Shown: positions 39,480-51,367 of the stretch, piece after piece
How positions within the stretch are numbered: the first letter of the stretch is position 1
Layout: the number at the start of each line of letters is the position of its first letter
Source: Bispira polyomma
Lineage: Eukaryota
Length of the DNA stretch: 64,000 nt
Assembly (NCBI GenBank): GCA_965649765.1
Contig: OZ287750.1
Coordinates: forward strand, 20,956,001 to 21,020,000
Direction: 5' to 3'
Translations under genes and position numbers: made by a program
Notes under the pieces: generated by a model
Told to the model about the DNA's origin: nothing
What the model saw: only the letters and a program-made list of their open reading frames with translations
The model's database searches: none

Positions 39480-40038
39480 GTAATTACACTGATTTTATTG
39501 CGTCAAATGTTCCTACTAATTCCTAACCTTTGCTTTAATTGACTTCATCAGGAGTCAGCTCTGTCGCAATGAAAATACACGACACTACCTAAGCCGACCC
39601 GCTTCAGTACACACCATTGTACTAGGTCACGACCCCAAACTGGTAGAATTCACTGAGCAGGGCTATTCTTCATAGTATCACACCATTAGAAGTTGGTGTT
39701 ATCCTTAAGGTGTGCAGTTATTATGTGGTCATACTCGCAAAATTCAACATGGTGTGGTAGAAAAGTTTCTGGTAAAAACATTTTATCTGAACATGTTACG
39801 GGAGCAAGAGTTAGTTCTAATAATAGAAGGTTGATGAAGTAGAAGAGGCATTTATGTATAAAACTACATGTATATGAAAAACACAATTAAATATTTGGAT
39901 GTCATAGTAAAAAGTTAGAATTAGATTTCGAATACATTTTTTTTAAATGTTAATTTGCATTTAATGTATCCTCTTGTTTTAAATTTTAAAAAAAACTAAC
40001 CTCACAATTTTTTTATTATTTTGTTTTTTCCTCTTTAG

Positions 40039-40153
40039 CCACTCCTTCAAGACTATAAAGATTTCTCTGCCCGCATTGAGGAAGTCAATGACCTGGGTAC
40101 CACGTACGAGAGTTTGTTACGTGGGGACAGAGGAGCCAGTCCTGTACGAAGAA
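40039..40153 (+). CDS. MACF1: Spectrin-repeat/linker exon
   Basis: PLLQDYKDFSARIEEVNDLGTTYESLLRGDRGASPVRR A|GTAAGT; phase 0-1. Confidence 0.88.
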
Positions 40154-40242
40154 GTAAGTCATTGCCTTTGGCTTTTATATCACTTGATAACTTACAGAAT
40201 AACCTTACTCTCTTTTTGTAGTAAATATAGTGTAACACTAAT

Positions 40243-40896
40243 GTTACCCAGCCCCACCACCACGGTCGATTTTCACCGTAATCCACATCGGTTTCAGTTA
40301 GTTAAGCTAAACAAACCGGTGAGAACCCTTGCTGACAATCATCACAGTTTTACAAGTCCGGGTTTACCACTGTAAATCTAGGTATCACAAGAGTGTTATA
40401 AAGGAAGACAATTGTTTGGCCAATTTTCATGGTAATACACATTTATCCCAAACAAACAGGCGATGGGTATCGAGGGTCGAGTGACGGGGTAGCCATTTGG
40501 CCAGTCAGGGGGTTCACTAGGGTCAATCAGGGTGTCACAAGGGTGTCGCAAAGGAAAACCATTGTTTGTACAATGGTAAGGATGGTAACTCAGGTAATTT
40601 ACCAGTGTCGGTCAGGGTTCATGAGGGTTTTGACTAGGGCAAGTGAGAGCCACTCACAGTGGATCAGAGTTAATTACGGATGCGATTCAAACATGATAGA
40701 TCCACAGAAGTGTTGAATTGGTCACAAATTATCCTTGAAGACGCCGGCTCGCATCTACCTTAACAAGGTGCTGCAGTGTTTGTCGGTTTCCATGGTTTCG
40801 ATCACAGTTCTGTATGGCTAATTACGGCTTACCAGGTTTTCAACACTGTAATATAAACAGGGATTTTAAACCGTGTTGGTGGGACGTAAGAGTAAC
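40243..40896. mobile_element. Non-autonomous TIR element (possibly PIF/Harbinger-like)
   Basis: gttac...cccaccaccacggtcgattttc vs gattttaaaccgtgttggtggg...gtaac; GC-richer than the surrounding intron. Confidence 0.5.
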
Positions 40897-40960
40897 AATA
40901 ACTTGCTAGGTGCTGATTACTTGGGTTTTGTGTGCAGTCCATAAAATGCCTGCTAATAAA

Positions 40961-41265
40961 TATTATTATTATTATTATGGATTTTTAACGCGCTTTATTG
41001 ATGCTAGGCATCTTCTAAAGCGCAACAGCAGAATCATTAGTCCAATCATTAAGTCCGTGGAAATTGCAAAGTCGTAAGGAAGGAAGTGGGAGCGTGCACG
41101 AGGAAAGCTAAGGTGGGTAGGCAAGATTAAAAAGATAGGTTTTAAGCTTTTTCCTAAAACCGATAAGCGTATCAACTGATCTGAGGTCGACTGGGAGACT
41201 GTTCCATAACCGTGGAGCTGCAGTGGAGAATGCTCTGAAACCCGCCTTTCTGATTGGTCTGACCG
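40961..41265 (-). mobile_element. L2/CR1-clade LINE 3' fragment
   Basis: Minus strand encodes GFRAFSTAAPRLWNSLPVDLRSVDTLIGFRKKLKTYLF, the typical L2 ORF2 C-terminus, followed by a 3' UTR and (AAT)n tail. Confidence 0.85.
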
Positions 41266-42711
41266 AAATATTATTAACTATTAAATATTATTAACTGCTT
41301 ATCTAAAGCCATTCTCAAGGCTTTAATTTTTCCAAAAATGTCTTGTGTAATCTATTCACTGAAGGCAATGGTACATCTTCCTACTTTTTTTGATGTCTTA
41401 TTGGTAGTGCAAAAATCATCACTTTGAAGTGCTTGTTTGTAATTGATTATAATGTCTTGCAAGAAAATCTTCACAAATTTGCAATCATCAGGTCATGTTT
41501 ATCTCTAAAAACGCATTTCCAAATACTTCCCATTTAAGAGCTTATGCATTGCCAAATACTTCCCATTTAAGAGCTTCCTTGTTTCTGCCTATTTTCACTA
41601 AGTTGTTTTTAAGGTACATAATTCACAGATATTCCTTTTTTCACATTTTTCCACCCTTTCTCAATCTGTATGACCCTGTCTGTGACAATAAAGATCATGC
41701 TTATTTTTCACACATGCCATTGTATGCTATTGCTAGCAACCATAGACTAGATTCTGCAATTCACTGGACAGGGTGTGGCCATATTGAAAGTAGTTATCGC
41801 AACTATAACAATATTAGGGTTTCAGTGTTATCCTTGGGGTTTCACGTTGTGTATTCATACGCCACATCAGTATGGCCGCGCCTTGTCCAGAAATTGTAGA
41901 AGCACTCTTTAACTTTTAATATTATAATCAAATAATCCTTCACTGGCATATTTTAATGTTTAAGTAGTAATATGTTATTTGCTTTGCTTTATTAACCTGT
42001 ATATGTACAAATATATATCAACTATTTCTATGGTTGTCACTGTTATTCACTAATGGCCTGTTTCCATAAATGTGTAAAAAAACATTCGTATACGTGACAC
42101 ATACATGTCAATATTGTGGCTCATTCTATTTTATTGTAGAAATAAAGTCAGAGAGTGTGTACTGTGTTGGCGATTACACTTAAGGATAAGGGCCAACAGG
42201 CCAAAGTCCATTGTGGTGGAAAACCATTCTCAAGTCTAACAGCCAACAAAGTACAAGCTTGAGGACTTTATTTTTATTATGAATACCGGTAGTAGTGTAT
42301 TTTAAAGCAAATAGTAAGATATGTTCCAACTTAACTTTGAACTATTTCCGTCGCATCTCCCAGTCTGTTCTCCCAGATATGTACAGTACAGTTATGAATT
42401 GCACACTGGCGGCTTTTACATTGGAGGCGTGTTTCCGGTCTTTAAAATTAGGGTTTTCCAGAACATCAATGTACGTCGTACATATCTGTTAAAAAAATCA
42501 TTTTAGGAGAAATTTGAACTTGTACTTCTGTATAACTGGGGATATTTGGTGTCAAAATTTGCGTCTTGTAAAAGTGATAGTTATGCATTAAAAACCATAT
42601 AATATAAATCAGATGATGTTGCCCTAATGACGGATAGGTTTTGATGTGTACGACTGATGTGTAGGAGTGTATGGAAACAGTACTTTAGCTACACTGCATT
42701 TAGCTCTATAC

Positions 42712-43067
42712 CAGGGTACCCACAGGACAAACAAAAAACGTGTAAAAACTTTCCAAGCCGGTGCATGGAAAATACTAGGAACTTTGTGAGTATCTGCCCA
42801 ATGATTCAGGGAAAATACAGGGAAACTAAATTACAGATGAAAAATTCAGGAGATTTATTTTTGTAAGATTGAATATAATATAAAATCAAATGATTTCTTT
42901 TTCATTTGGTGTCGTATATTATAAAATATTTGGATCAATTTTTTTTTTTTTAATGTTTAATTTGACAACCTGTAATAAGAGACGACGTCATATCAGTGTG
43001 ATGTCACGGAAAAACAAGGAAAATACATAAAACATTTTTTATAAAAAATAACCCTGTGGGAACCCTG
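42712..43067. mobile_element. MITE, hAT-like (CAGGG termini)
   Basis: cagggtacccacagg ... cctgtgggaaccctg; degenerate 8-bp flanks ctctatac/ctatgcac. Confidence 0.7.
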
Positions 43068-43133
43068 CTATGCACAAGTGACTTTAATTGTTTGTAACAC
43101 ACACCTCACCCCCAACAACCCCCTTCTATACAG

Positions 43134-43295
43134 GAGGATCTATTCGAGTGGGTAGCAGTCGTCGCCTCTCACGGGGTACCCCTACCCGCATACCCACCTC
43201 CCCGACATACAACACAGCCCCTAGCCCCACCTCAACCTTCAGCAGTGGCATCAGTAGCACCCGCAGCTCAACCGATAACCTCCTCAACATTGACG
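43134..43295 (+). CDS. MACF1: S/R/P/T-rich linker exon, symmetric phase 1-1
   Basis: cccttctatacAG|GA GSIRVGSSRRLSRGTPTRIPTSPTYNTAPSPTSTFSSGISSTRSSTDNLLNID G|GTAGGT; 162 nt. Confidence 0.8.
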
Positions 43296-44652
43296 GTAGG
43301 TCAGCCTACGTTTATCAACACTGTGTGCAGTAGAGATTTCCCTACTAAACTAGGATTTTAGTGAGGCTTTATTTGAGTTGAGTTCAACTTTTAGTTTAAG
43401 GGTTTTCTCACCAGAATATAAGGATTTCTGACAGTGGGAATTTGGGGCGTTTCGGAGTGACTAACCTTTAACTCGCCTTAACTCTATATTGTATGCTTCC
43501 ATGCTTTGCTACCATAAACACTATTTTAACTTTCAATATTAACTATTTAACCATATCAGCTTACATCTTGTCCACCCTTTAAAGGGCCAGATTCTCTGGT
43601 AGAATTGTTTTGTGGGGGTCGATATCAAATAAGGTATGTAATCTATAAGGTAACAAAGTTGTGTTTTTAAAAACACACAGGCGCCCAGTGTGACATACAC
43701 TAACGGAAAATAACAATAAATCTGACACCCCTCAGTTTGGACCGGGTCGATTGCTTCCAACCAATCCATGAACGCCTTTCATATTTTTTCTAAGAAAAGG
43801 CGGCACTCTTTTCAGAATAAAAACAATATCAGGCAGAGCCTGATAAAAAATCATTATGTAATAGATTGGTCAAAGTCAGGTTACATGTATAATTTGTGAG
43901 GGTTCTAGCATGGACATACCAGAATACTTGCATTATCATTTAATATGTAATTTTCCTCAATACAGATTTTTACTGCACTTGTATTTATGCAATATTATTA
44001 TGCTTGTTGAATATTCTCACTCTTTTGCACCTTTTTCCTAAAGCCCCCATATTATGAGGCATGTGTGCTGACAGTGCTGTGTGCACATAGATTAATATAT
44101 GTTACAGTAAATATGTGTAATCAGGGACTATGCGTCACTGAGTAAATTATATACATTCAAACCTTTTTAAGTCTGGACCAAAATAAATACCTCTACTTAA
44201 GAAGGGTATCCACTTGACAGAGTAAATTTGAAAGGGAAAATCACTTGCAGGACTACTAATTTTTTGTAAAATATTTCTATTTAAAGGGCTATGACTGTTA
44301 TGGAAAACTTTATTCGTCATCCCCAGGCGCTACTATTGCTAAAAAGAGTATGTAAAAAGCTTGAATCTCCACTACAGTAGGGTGAAATATATATTTTGTT
44401 TGGATAATAGAATGTTCAGAAAATAGAATAGGTATTGCTCTATAAAACAATAGGAAAACATAAATTTGGGAGAGCTGAAATTATCCTGCTCTAGAGACCA
44501 CCTCTATAGAAAGACCACTGGTATAAGGACCAGTTTTCATTTCTTAAAACTGTTTAATAATATTCTACCTCTACATGAAGAGGTCAACAAGGATCACTAT
44601 TGAGGGTTGCATTGGGTGTTCTTTATGTACAAGTTTCCCTGTCTTTGTACAG

Positions 44653-44888
44653 ACCTGAGTGAGACTGGCCGTGAACTGGCAGACATGAACAGTCGGTATG
44701 AAGTCATAGAGGACCGACTGGCCGACAGACAGCATGAGCTGGAGGGGATGTTAGAGAATGTGAAGGTCTACCTACAGGAGCTACAGGACATACTGCTGTG
44801 GTTAGATGAAACAGAGCATCACACCCCACCGCTAGGGCCTCTACCCACGGGGGAAGAGGAAGCGCAGAGGAAACTTAAAGACCATCAG
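44653..44888 (+). CDS. MACF1: Spectrin-repeat exon
   Basis: DLSETGRELADMNSRYEVIEDRL...ILLWLDETE...KDHQ|GTAAGT; phase 1-0. Confidence 0.9.
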
Positions 44889-45610
44889 GTAAGTGAGAGA
44901 AATGAGTATAAACAGCATCGCACCCCACTGCTAGGGCCTCTACCTACAGGAGAGGAGGGTTAGAGGAAACTTAAAGATCCTCAGGTAATAATAAATCAGG
45001 GTATGTAAAAGTAATCATATGTGGCCCCCTACACACAGAGGAGGAGGCTTAGTAAAAGCGTAAAGTTGTTCCCTACCATTTTTTTTACCCCACAGATTTC
45101 CTAAAAAAAAATTTTATGAAAAGCTTCATTAATATGGTGAACAAAAATATCAAAAAAACTATGTCACACCAGACTCTTTCAAAAGCTACAGAGCTTTGAA
45201 TGTGGTATGTATTTTTATTTATTTGCCTATTGTTTTCAATGGAAAAGCCTGTTTTGGGAAGAAAAAAATTCCATAAAAAGGTACTTTAAAAAAATTTCAC
45301 CCCACAGAATTTTATTTTTTTCTCCCCAGTTGTGGTAAATTATGAACTCTAACTAAATATGAGAAAAAACACAATAGACAATTTAGTAAAGCACATGTTC
45401 TGCTATTTTCATGAAAAAATATTGAATTTATTTTTTTGGGAAAAAAATGGTAGCGAACGACCTTAATCGTAAGCTTTGCCGGGTATCTAAAAGTTATGCA
45501 TGGGGGCCCTACTCACAGAGGAACAGGAGGCTCAGCGAAAAATCAAACAGCATCAGGTAACTTAGAAAAAAAAACAAATCTAAAGACAATCAGGTAAGTT
45601 AGAGAAATTA
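44812..45610 (+). repeat. Exon-end/donor tandem duplication, degenerate copies interrupted by a MITE
   Basis: ctagggcctctacc...gaggaaacttaaagaccatcag|gtaa recurs near 44930-44990, 45025-45060 and 45505-45600. Confidence 0.8.
45064..45462. mobile_element. MITE, Kolobok-like (TTAA target, RR...YY termini)
   Basis: Left agttgttccctaccatttttt vs right aaaaaaatggtagcgaacgacc|ttaa; left flank gtaa. Confidence 0.65.
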
Positions 45611-45896
45611 TTGTAAGCTTTGTCAGTGATTTAAAAGTACCCATGTTGGTAACTTAGAGAACAAAACACAAATCCTAACTTGGGAAAATATTTTCTATAT
45701 GTATAATTTTGACCTTTATATAGGTCACATGAACAAAACTAAACCATTTTTTCTCAGAAGTTTAAGGCATATATATTACTGACATTAGTATCTATCAGTC
45801 GATTTTCAGGCTATAAATGACTTATTGATGAGTGATTGATTATCCAGTCATATAAAATGCATTAAAATTATCCCCTTGTGGCACATGTGTTTTCAG

Positions 45897-46026
45897 AAAT
45901 TTCACGAGGAGTTGGTGAGTAAGGAGAGTAAGGTGGCGACTCTGAAGTCTAAGGCTCACCAGTTGGTACAAAACAGGGAGCATGTACCGGGTATGAAAGA
46001 TGTTAAGAAACAGCTCAGGAAACTAG
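45897..46026 (+). CDS. MACF1: Spectrin-repeat exon
   Basis: KFHEELVSKESKVATLKSKAHQL...LRKL G|GTACTG; phase 0-1. Confidence 0.87.
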
Positions 46027-46116
46027 GTACTGTATTGGATTCATATTTATACTCATTTATGTACTAGAATTCAAAGCGCTAATTAACTCTTTCTTGACTG
46101 CTAACATCCAACCAGT

Positions 46117-46340
46117 GGGGGAGTTGTCTGGTGATTAGAAGGTTCCCAGTTTGACTCATGCAATTGCTGCTACGTTCATTTGGTGGGATAACATCCTTGG
46201 GCAAGATGTGAACAGGCCATTGCCTACTGGATGACGACCCAGGCTATGTTGTAGAACAAATTATTGGTTGATTGATTTAGTTGTTGCGCTTTAGAAGATG
46301 CCTTGCATCAATAAAGCACATTAAAAATATATAATATAAT
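46117..46340 (+). mobile_element. CORE-like SINE with L2-derived 3' tail
   Basis: atccttgggcaagat core motif; tail gttgcgctttagaagatgccttgcatcaataaagc matches the reverse complement of the L2 end at ~40980-41030. Confidence 0.6.
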
Positions 46341-46546
46341 ACAATTCAATATTGTTGACTGTTAACACCATCTGTATACACTAGAATTTTCTATTGTTTT
46401 TTTTTCACCTCTGGTGATCAAATCCCGTAGATTCCTTCTTCATTCCCCCACCACTAATCTTGGCCGTCGCAATATGACTAAAGCTGTTGAAAGCAACGTA
46501 AAACCCAAGTAAATTCAAATATATATAATTGTATTGTTTCCATCAG

Positions 46547-46746
46547 AGGAGAGATGGAGAAGTCTGAAGGACATCTCTGCAGACCGGATGCGGGCCCTAC
46601 AGGAGATGGTTGGGGACATCAACCGCTTCCATTCTCTCCATGAACAGCTGGCCCAGTGGTTGGCCCAGAGGGAGAAGATGGTTGGGCTGTTAGGGCCACT
46701 GGCCATGGAGCCTTCAATGGTCAACACACAGATGGAACAACTCAAG
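46547..46746 (+). CDS. MACF1: Spectrin-repeat exon
   Basis: EERWRSLKDISADR...AQWLAQREKM...EQLK|GTAAAA; phase 1-0. Confidence 0.9.
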
Positions 46747-47026
46747 GTAAAACTAGAACTCATTGGAGTGCATACCTCTGCCAAGACCCCACAGTGTCAA
46801 AAATTCATATGACAAAAATCTGGATTTGCGAATCCAAAATTGACTGCATTCTTCCTTCAAGTTGGCCTATGCAATAAATGTAATGCCTAGACAAAAAACA
46901 GATGTAAATTATGTTAAATGTATCTGCTTAAAGTTACCCATTTTGCTAAAGTATTATAAATATTTTAGTTAAATGATACAAAGTCTTAACAGTATTGTGT
47001 ATTTTTGTAATGTGTGTCACCAACAG

Positions 47027-47155
47027 GCTTTGAAGGAAGAGTTGTCCAGTTACAGTGACAAATATGACAGTTGTATCCAAGCTGGACTGACCGTCCTAGA
47101 CAAAAGTGACCCTGAGTCAGCGGACTCTCATGACATCAACAGGAAGATTGAGCAG
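47027..47155 (+). CDS. MACF1: Spectrin-repeat exon
   Basis: ALKEELSSYSDKYDSCIQAG...KIEQ|GTATAA; 129 nt. Confidence 0.87.
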
Positions 47156-47745
47156 GTATAAACACTTCTATACAGTAATAAGTAAATATCTGACACAGTC
47201 TTTGGTGTAAAGCCAATTAACATCCGTAGGTTGCAGTGCAGAAAACCTTGAACAACTACTCTGTACTGCTTTCCTAAACTGCATGTTGCGATATAGTAGA
47301 CCTATTTTTAATCCAAGCCTGTGCTGACTAGGTACACGCAAATACATAGTGGTTCGGATAATCATTGGGTCATAATGCTATCCCCAGTGACAGGCTAAAG
47401 AACCTTGGGAACATTAATAAATGATATCATCCTCTAACCTTTGTACTCATACTGTGTATGAGACACTCTGTAACTAAACCTCGATGGCGGGTTGGGTACC
47501 CTCGCCCTCCTGAGGTGTTTCCTTTGTTGTAAAAAAAGGATAAATAAAACATTATTGGGACGCGCAAAAAAAAAAAGAAAAAGATATCCTCTAACCTGTG
47601 TCTTCAGTTTAGTGAATGACATTTACTGGTGCTGGGTGGCTCTACTTTGGGCAGTCAAGGAAAGGGGTTAAATGAGCACTTTGAATACCGGATTAAAAGT
47701 AGATTAATTTGAATTATGGTACAAAAATGATTTTTATCTTTCCAG

Positions 47746-47949
47746 GTGAGTAAGGTGTGGGAGAGACTCCACCGTAAGTTAGATGAGCGTGAGGAGACCT
47801 TGAAGTGTGTCCATGAGCTGAGCAGCCAGTACTACGCCTGTCTACAGAGGCTGAGTGAATGGCTCTCTGATACAGTACAGGAGGTGGAGACTCTAGCCCC
47901 AGTCAACGCCCAGCCAGAGATCATAGAACAGCAGAGGAAACAGCTCAAG
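47746..47949 (+). CDS. MACF1: Spectrin-repeat exon (begins with GTGAGT)
   Basis: tttttatctttccAG|VSKVWERLHRKLDER...SEWLSDT...KQLK|GTCAGT; 204 nt. Confidence 0.88.
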
Positions 47950-48031
47950 GTCAGTCTCCCAAGGTCATTGATATGTAATTATTGAGAGACAAAAATAGCT
48001 TAAGGTCAGTCTCCCAAGGTCATTGATATGT
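47942..48031 (+). repeat. Exon-end/donor duplication, 2 copies
   Basis: agct(c/t)aag|gtcagtctcccaaggtcattgatatgt at 47942 and 47997. Confidence 0.88.
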
Positions 48032-48450
48032 GAATTAGGATAATTGAGGATAATAGTGCCTAATGAATGAGATAGTTTCCTGTTTGTCGTATTCAGCCAA
48101 TATTTTTAGATTATTAGAAAATATATGTGAAGCTTAATAGTCTGGTAATGTTTGTACTGAACAGGGAATATGTTTACATTTTAGTTGTGTATAGAATACT
48201 CTACAAGTGTGTTTTATAAGATTAGTGAGATAAACAAATCGATAGTTTTAGGCATCTAGTCTCTGTGTTTATCTAGGCTATAAGCCCATGGACTTTCTAG
48301 CCCATACATAACGTGGTAAACTTTTAGGGGGACTAAAGTGCTGTCGATTACAGTATCATTCTTTCGTATTTTTGATTCCTAATATCTAAGATGTGGTCCT
48401 GACCTTCTGTTAAGCTGGTAACCATATTTCTGTACTTTGTTTCTCTACAG

Positions 48451-48613
48451 AGCCTGGAGCAGGGTTTGGCAGAGCATCAGTCTAGCCTGGACGAGGCGAG
48501 GGAACTTTGCAAGAAACTGTGTGACCGTACAAAGGAAGCCTCAGCAAAGTTTGACCAGAAGAGCAAATTATCCAGTGTCCAAAGACCTTTCATTGACCTC
48601 AAAAGGAAACTAG
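48451..48613 (+). CDS. MACF1: Spectrin-repeat exon
   Basis: SLEQGLAEHQSSLDEARELCKKLCD...KRKL G|GTACCC; phase 0-1. Confidence 0.87.
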
Positions 48614-49194
48614 GTACCCATAGATAGATTGTGGTGTTTGTGCAAATATATATCAAGTGGCTCTTACTGTTATCATAAATTGGTTTGTGATTTGGTAAAA
48701 AGTAAACAACGTATTATCATCATGTTAATCCTCAGTACTTATTATAGTCTTCAAATGATAATTGATCATCTTGGTTGTACAGAAACTTGGTTTGAAAATA
48801 ATAGATCGATAATATCTATAAACGCAAATGTGTTACGAGAGTTTAGAGCCTCGTAAGCTGCTAGTTATGGTATTAATGAAAACCTTGGGCTCTAGATATG
48901 ACCACTAATCTGATGTTGTTTCCTAAGTTAAACTTTATATTTACAAATTACCATCTGCCACTTTGGCTACTGTGACACACTACAATGTCATTATTTAAGT
49001 GCTTTTGATGTTTTCTTCCCCCTCATAAGGGTGCCTAAGACATGAACTGTTGCTAGTTATTGTATATGTGTTATATTCTCTGTGTAAAAATTTATTTCCC
49101 AAATACTGACCCTGGGTGAATTTTCCTCCTGATAACAATAACAAGGTCTTGCCTTACTCAGGAAACTAATGCCAACTTGCTGTATGATTTTCAG

Positions 49195-49361
49195 AGGAGC
49201 GTAAACTCCAACTGGAAGCGTCCCTGAAGGAAGGAGAGAAGTTCCATGGTTCCATGCAGAATATGTTACAGTGGCTGGTGACTGAACAGGACAGACTAGA
49301 TGAGCTGGGACCACTCTCTGGAAATAAGGAGTCCCTTGTGGCTCAGAGCAGAGAAACAGAG
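49195..49361 (+). CDS. MACF1: Spectrin-repeat exon
   Basis: EERKLQLEASLKEGEKFHGSMQNMLQWLVTEQ...SRETE|GTATGT; phase 1-0. Confidence 0.88.
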
Positions 49362-49650
49362 GTATGTGAAGTTTTAGGACTAGGGGTAAGACAGGGTTAC
49401 TATGGTTACTGTTTAGAGACGAGGAGGCCTTAGTGGCTCAGAGCAGAAAAACTGAGGTATGTTGAGTATTAGGGGTGAGACAGGGTTACTATGGTTACTG
49501 TCTGGAGACAAGGAGCCATTAGTAGCTCAGAGCAGAGAAACTGAGGTATGTGGAGTATAGGGGTAAGACAGGGTTACTATGGTTACTGTCTAGAGACAAG
49601 AAGGCCTTAGTGGCTCAAAGCAGGGAGACCGAGGTATGAGGGGTATTAAG
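49312..49650 (+). repeat. Exon-end/donor tandem array, ~89-nt unit, original plus 3 copies
   Basis: gtggctcagagcagagaaac(a/t)gag|gtatg; GT at 49362, 49457, 49546, 49634. Confidence 0.92.
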
Positions 49651-49697
49651 ACTGAAGCTATTGACATTAGTCTGTTAATAAGAATTACTAATCTTAC

Positions 49698-49872
49698 TGG
49701 GGCCGCAGTGGTCTAGTGGTTAGAAGCGTTAGCTCAACAATCATTGGCCTCTCACCAAGGTGGGTTTGAATCTTGTTTTTTCCTTTTTGTGGGAAAGTTT
49801 GTCAGCTCTGGTTTCTTCCACCCTTAAATCGTACCATCGTGTATGACCTAAAGTGTTGAAAGTGAAAACCAT
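49698..49872 (+). mobile_element. SINE copy, same family, internally deleted
   Basis: ggggccgcagtggtctagtggttagaagcg...tggcctctcaccaaggtgggtttgaatc. Confidence 0.78.
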
Positions 49873-51367
49873 CTTAATTTAACTTTGACCCTTTATTTAG
49901 TTATATTTGGGCCTAATTATTTACGAATAATGCGAATTATTTATACCAGTGAACATGCTGGAAAAGTATATAAACATTCATCAAAATAAAATGAAACTTG
50001 CTTAAACATGGATATAGGTGAATAAAACTAAACTGTTTAGGTGTAAGCACTTTGTGTGACACACATTTATTTTTATTACTCTTGGAATATTTTTGAAAAT
50101 GCTAAAATCAGTGAAGATTGACCTTGACAATAATGGCCAATAAATAAATAAAGACCAATAATGCACTATCAATAATAATAGAAATAATGGATAGGCAGAA
50201 TATGTCACTGGTTTTGTTGTCATTATTTTAGTTCATGCCATTTATGATAGATTTGTATATTGATATACAAACTAATCCCTTACATAACCTCTTAGGCTAA
50301 CACAATGTGTGCCATTCATGCAGATAATCATATTTTTGTTTTGTACCATTCATTTGGTGCAAATTGGTTCCATAATTGACTTGCAACAAAAGGGTGGACA
50401 AATGAGAAACAACTGTTCATTTAATTGGTCAAAACATATGTTTTGGTCAAAGTATTATACTGCACAAGTTGTAAACCATTCTTTTTTTTTGTCCCATTGG
50501 GGAGTGGAGGGAGCTACATATAAGATCGTACTGGTAGTTACTGTGAATGGTGGAAGATTAAATAAACCATGGATTTTATGCTTGTTATAAAATATGAACT
50601 TTTTGATGAAGTTGTAAGTTAGATTTGACAATCGTTAATTAAATAAGCTTAAATTTAAATGTATTACATGAAGCTTTAATAAGTTATAATAATAATAAGT
50701 TTATTCATCATACTTCAGGTACATAAGTATATAACAATAGTAATAATGAGTTACAAAAGACATGAGAAATAAGCTACTGACAGCAGTAAATGAAAAGAAC
50801 AGGACTACCTACAGAAATTGCCATTAAGAAGAGTTGCATATGAAGTCTATCCTCTATTAACTATTACAATGTTACATGTCATATAACATGAGAAACAACT
50901 GACAATATAAATCATAAACTGATATTCACTTCTTAAACATACATTGTATTCAGTCTTAGCTCAGGTAAATGTGGTCGTTCATGTTGGCTGTAAGCATTAT
51001 CAGAGTCAGCACTAAAATTTATATAATAATTTTATACCAATTAAATTTAGGGGTTCAATCGCAAGCAGGTTATATGCATTCTATTTCTTGTTAAAAAATT
51101 AGACAGCACATAGTGCATATTTACTAAGGCCATTAAGGGTGATTAAAGCTTCTTTTAAATAATAGACATGAATAAAACAACCTAAATTAAACAGCTGTAG
51201 ACAACTGTGACACTATTATTGTATTGCACAAAAATATACTTAGTCATTGCTTTCGTCGGCCAACTAAGCTGCAGTCAAAATTTTCTAAGATTTTGAAGGC
51301 CCTAAATTTTCCAAAATAACAATGGCCATTCTCTTATTACATTTCACTACCCTTTTATATTTTACAG

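Noticed and set aside
39530-39570. Hammerhead ribozyme core (CTGATGA on minus strand)
   Set aside because: I could not find stem II followed by GAAA or the other required helices.
42140-42154. 15-nt phase 1-1 microexon candidate (ttgtAG|AAATAAAGTCAGAGA|GTGTGT)
   Set aside because: Frame-compatible, but the donor is weak and the sequence looks like the edge of an interspersed repeat; unsupported without RNA data.
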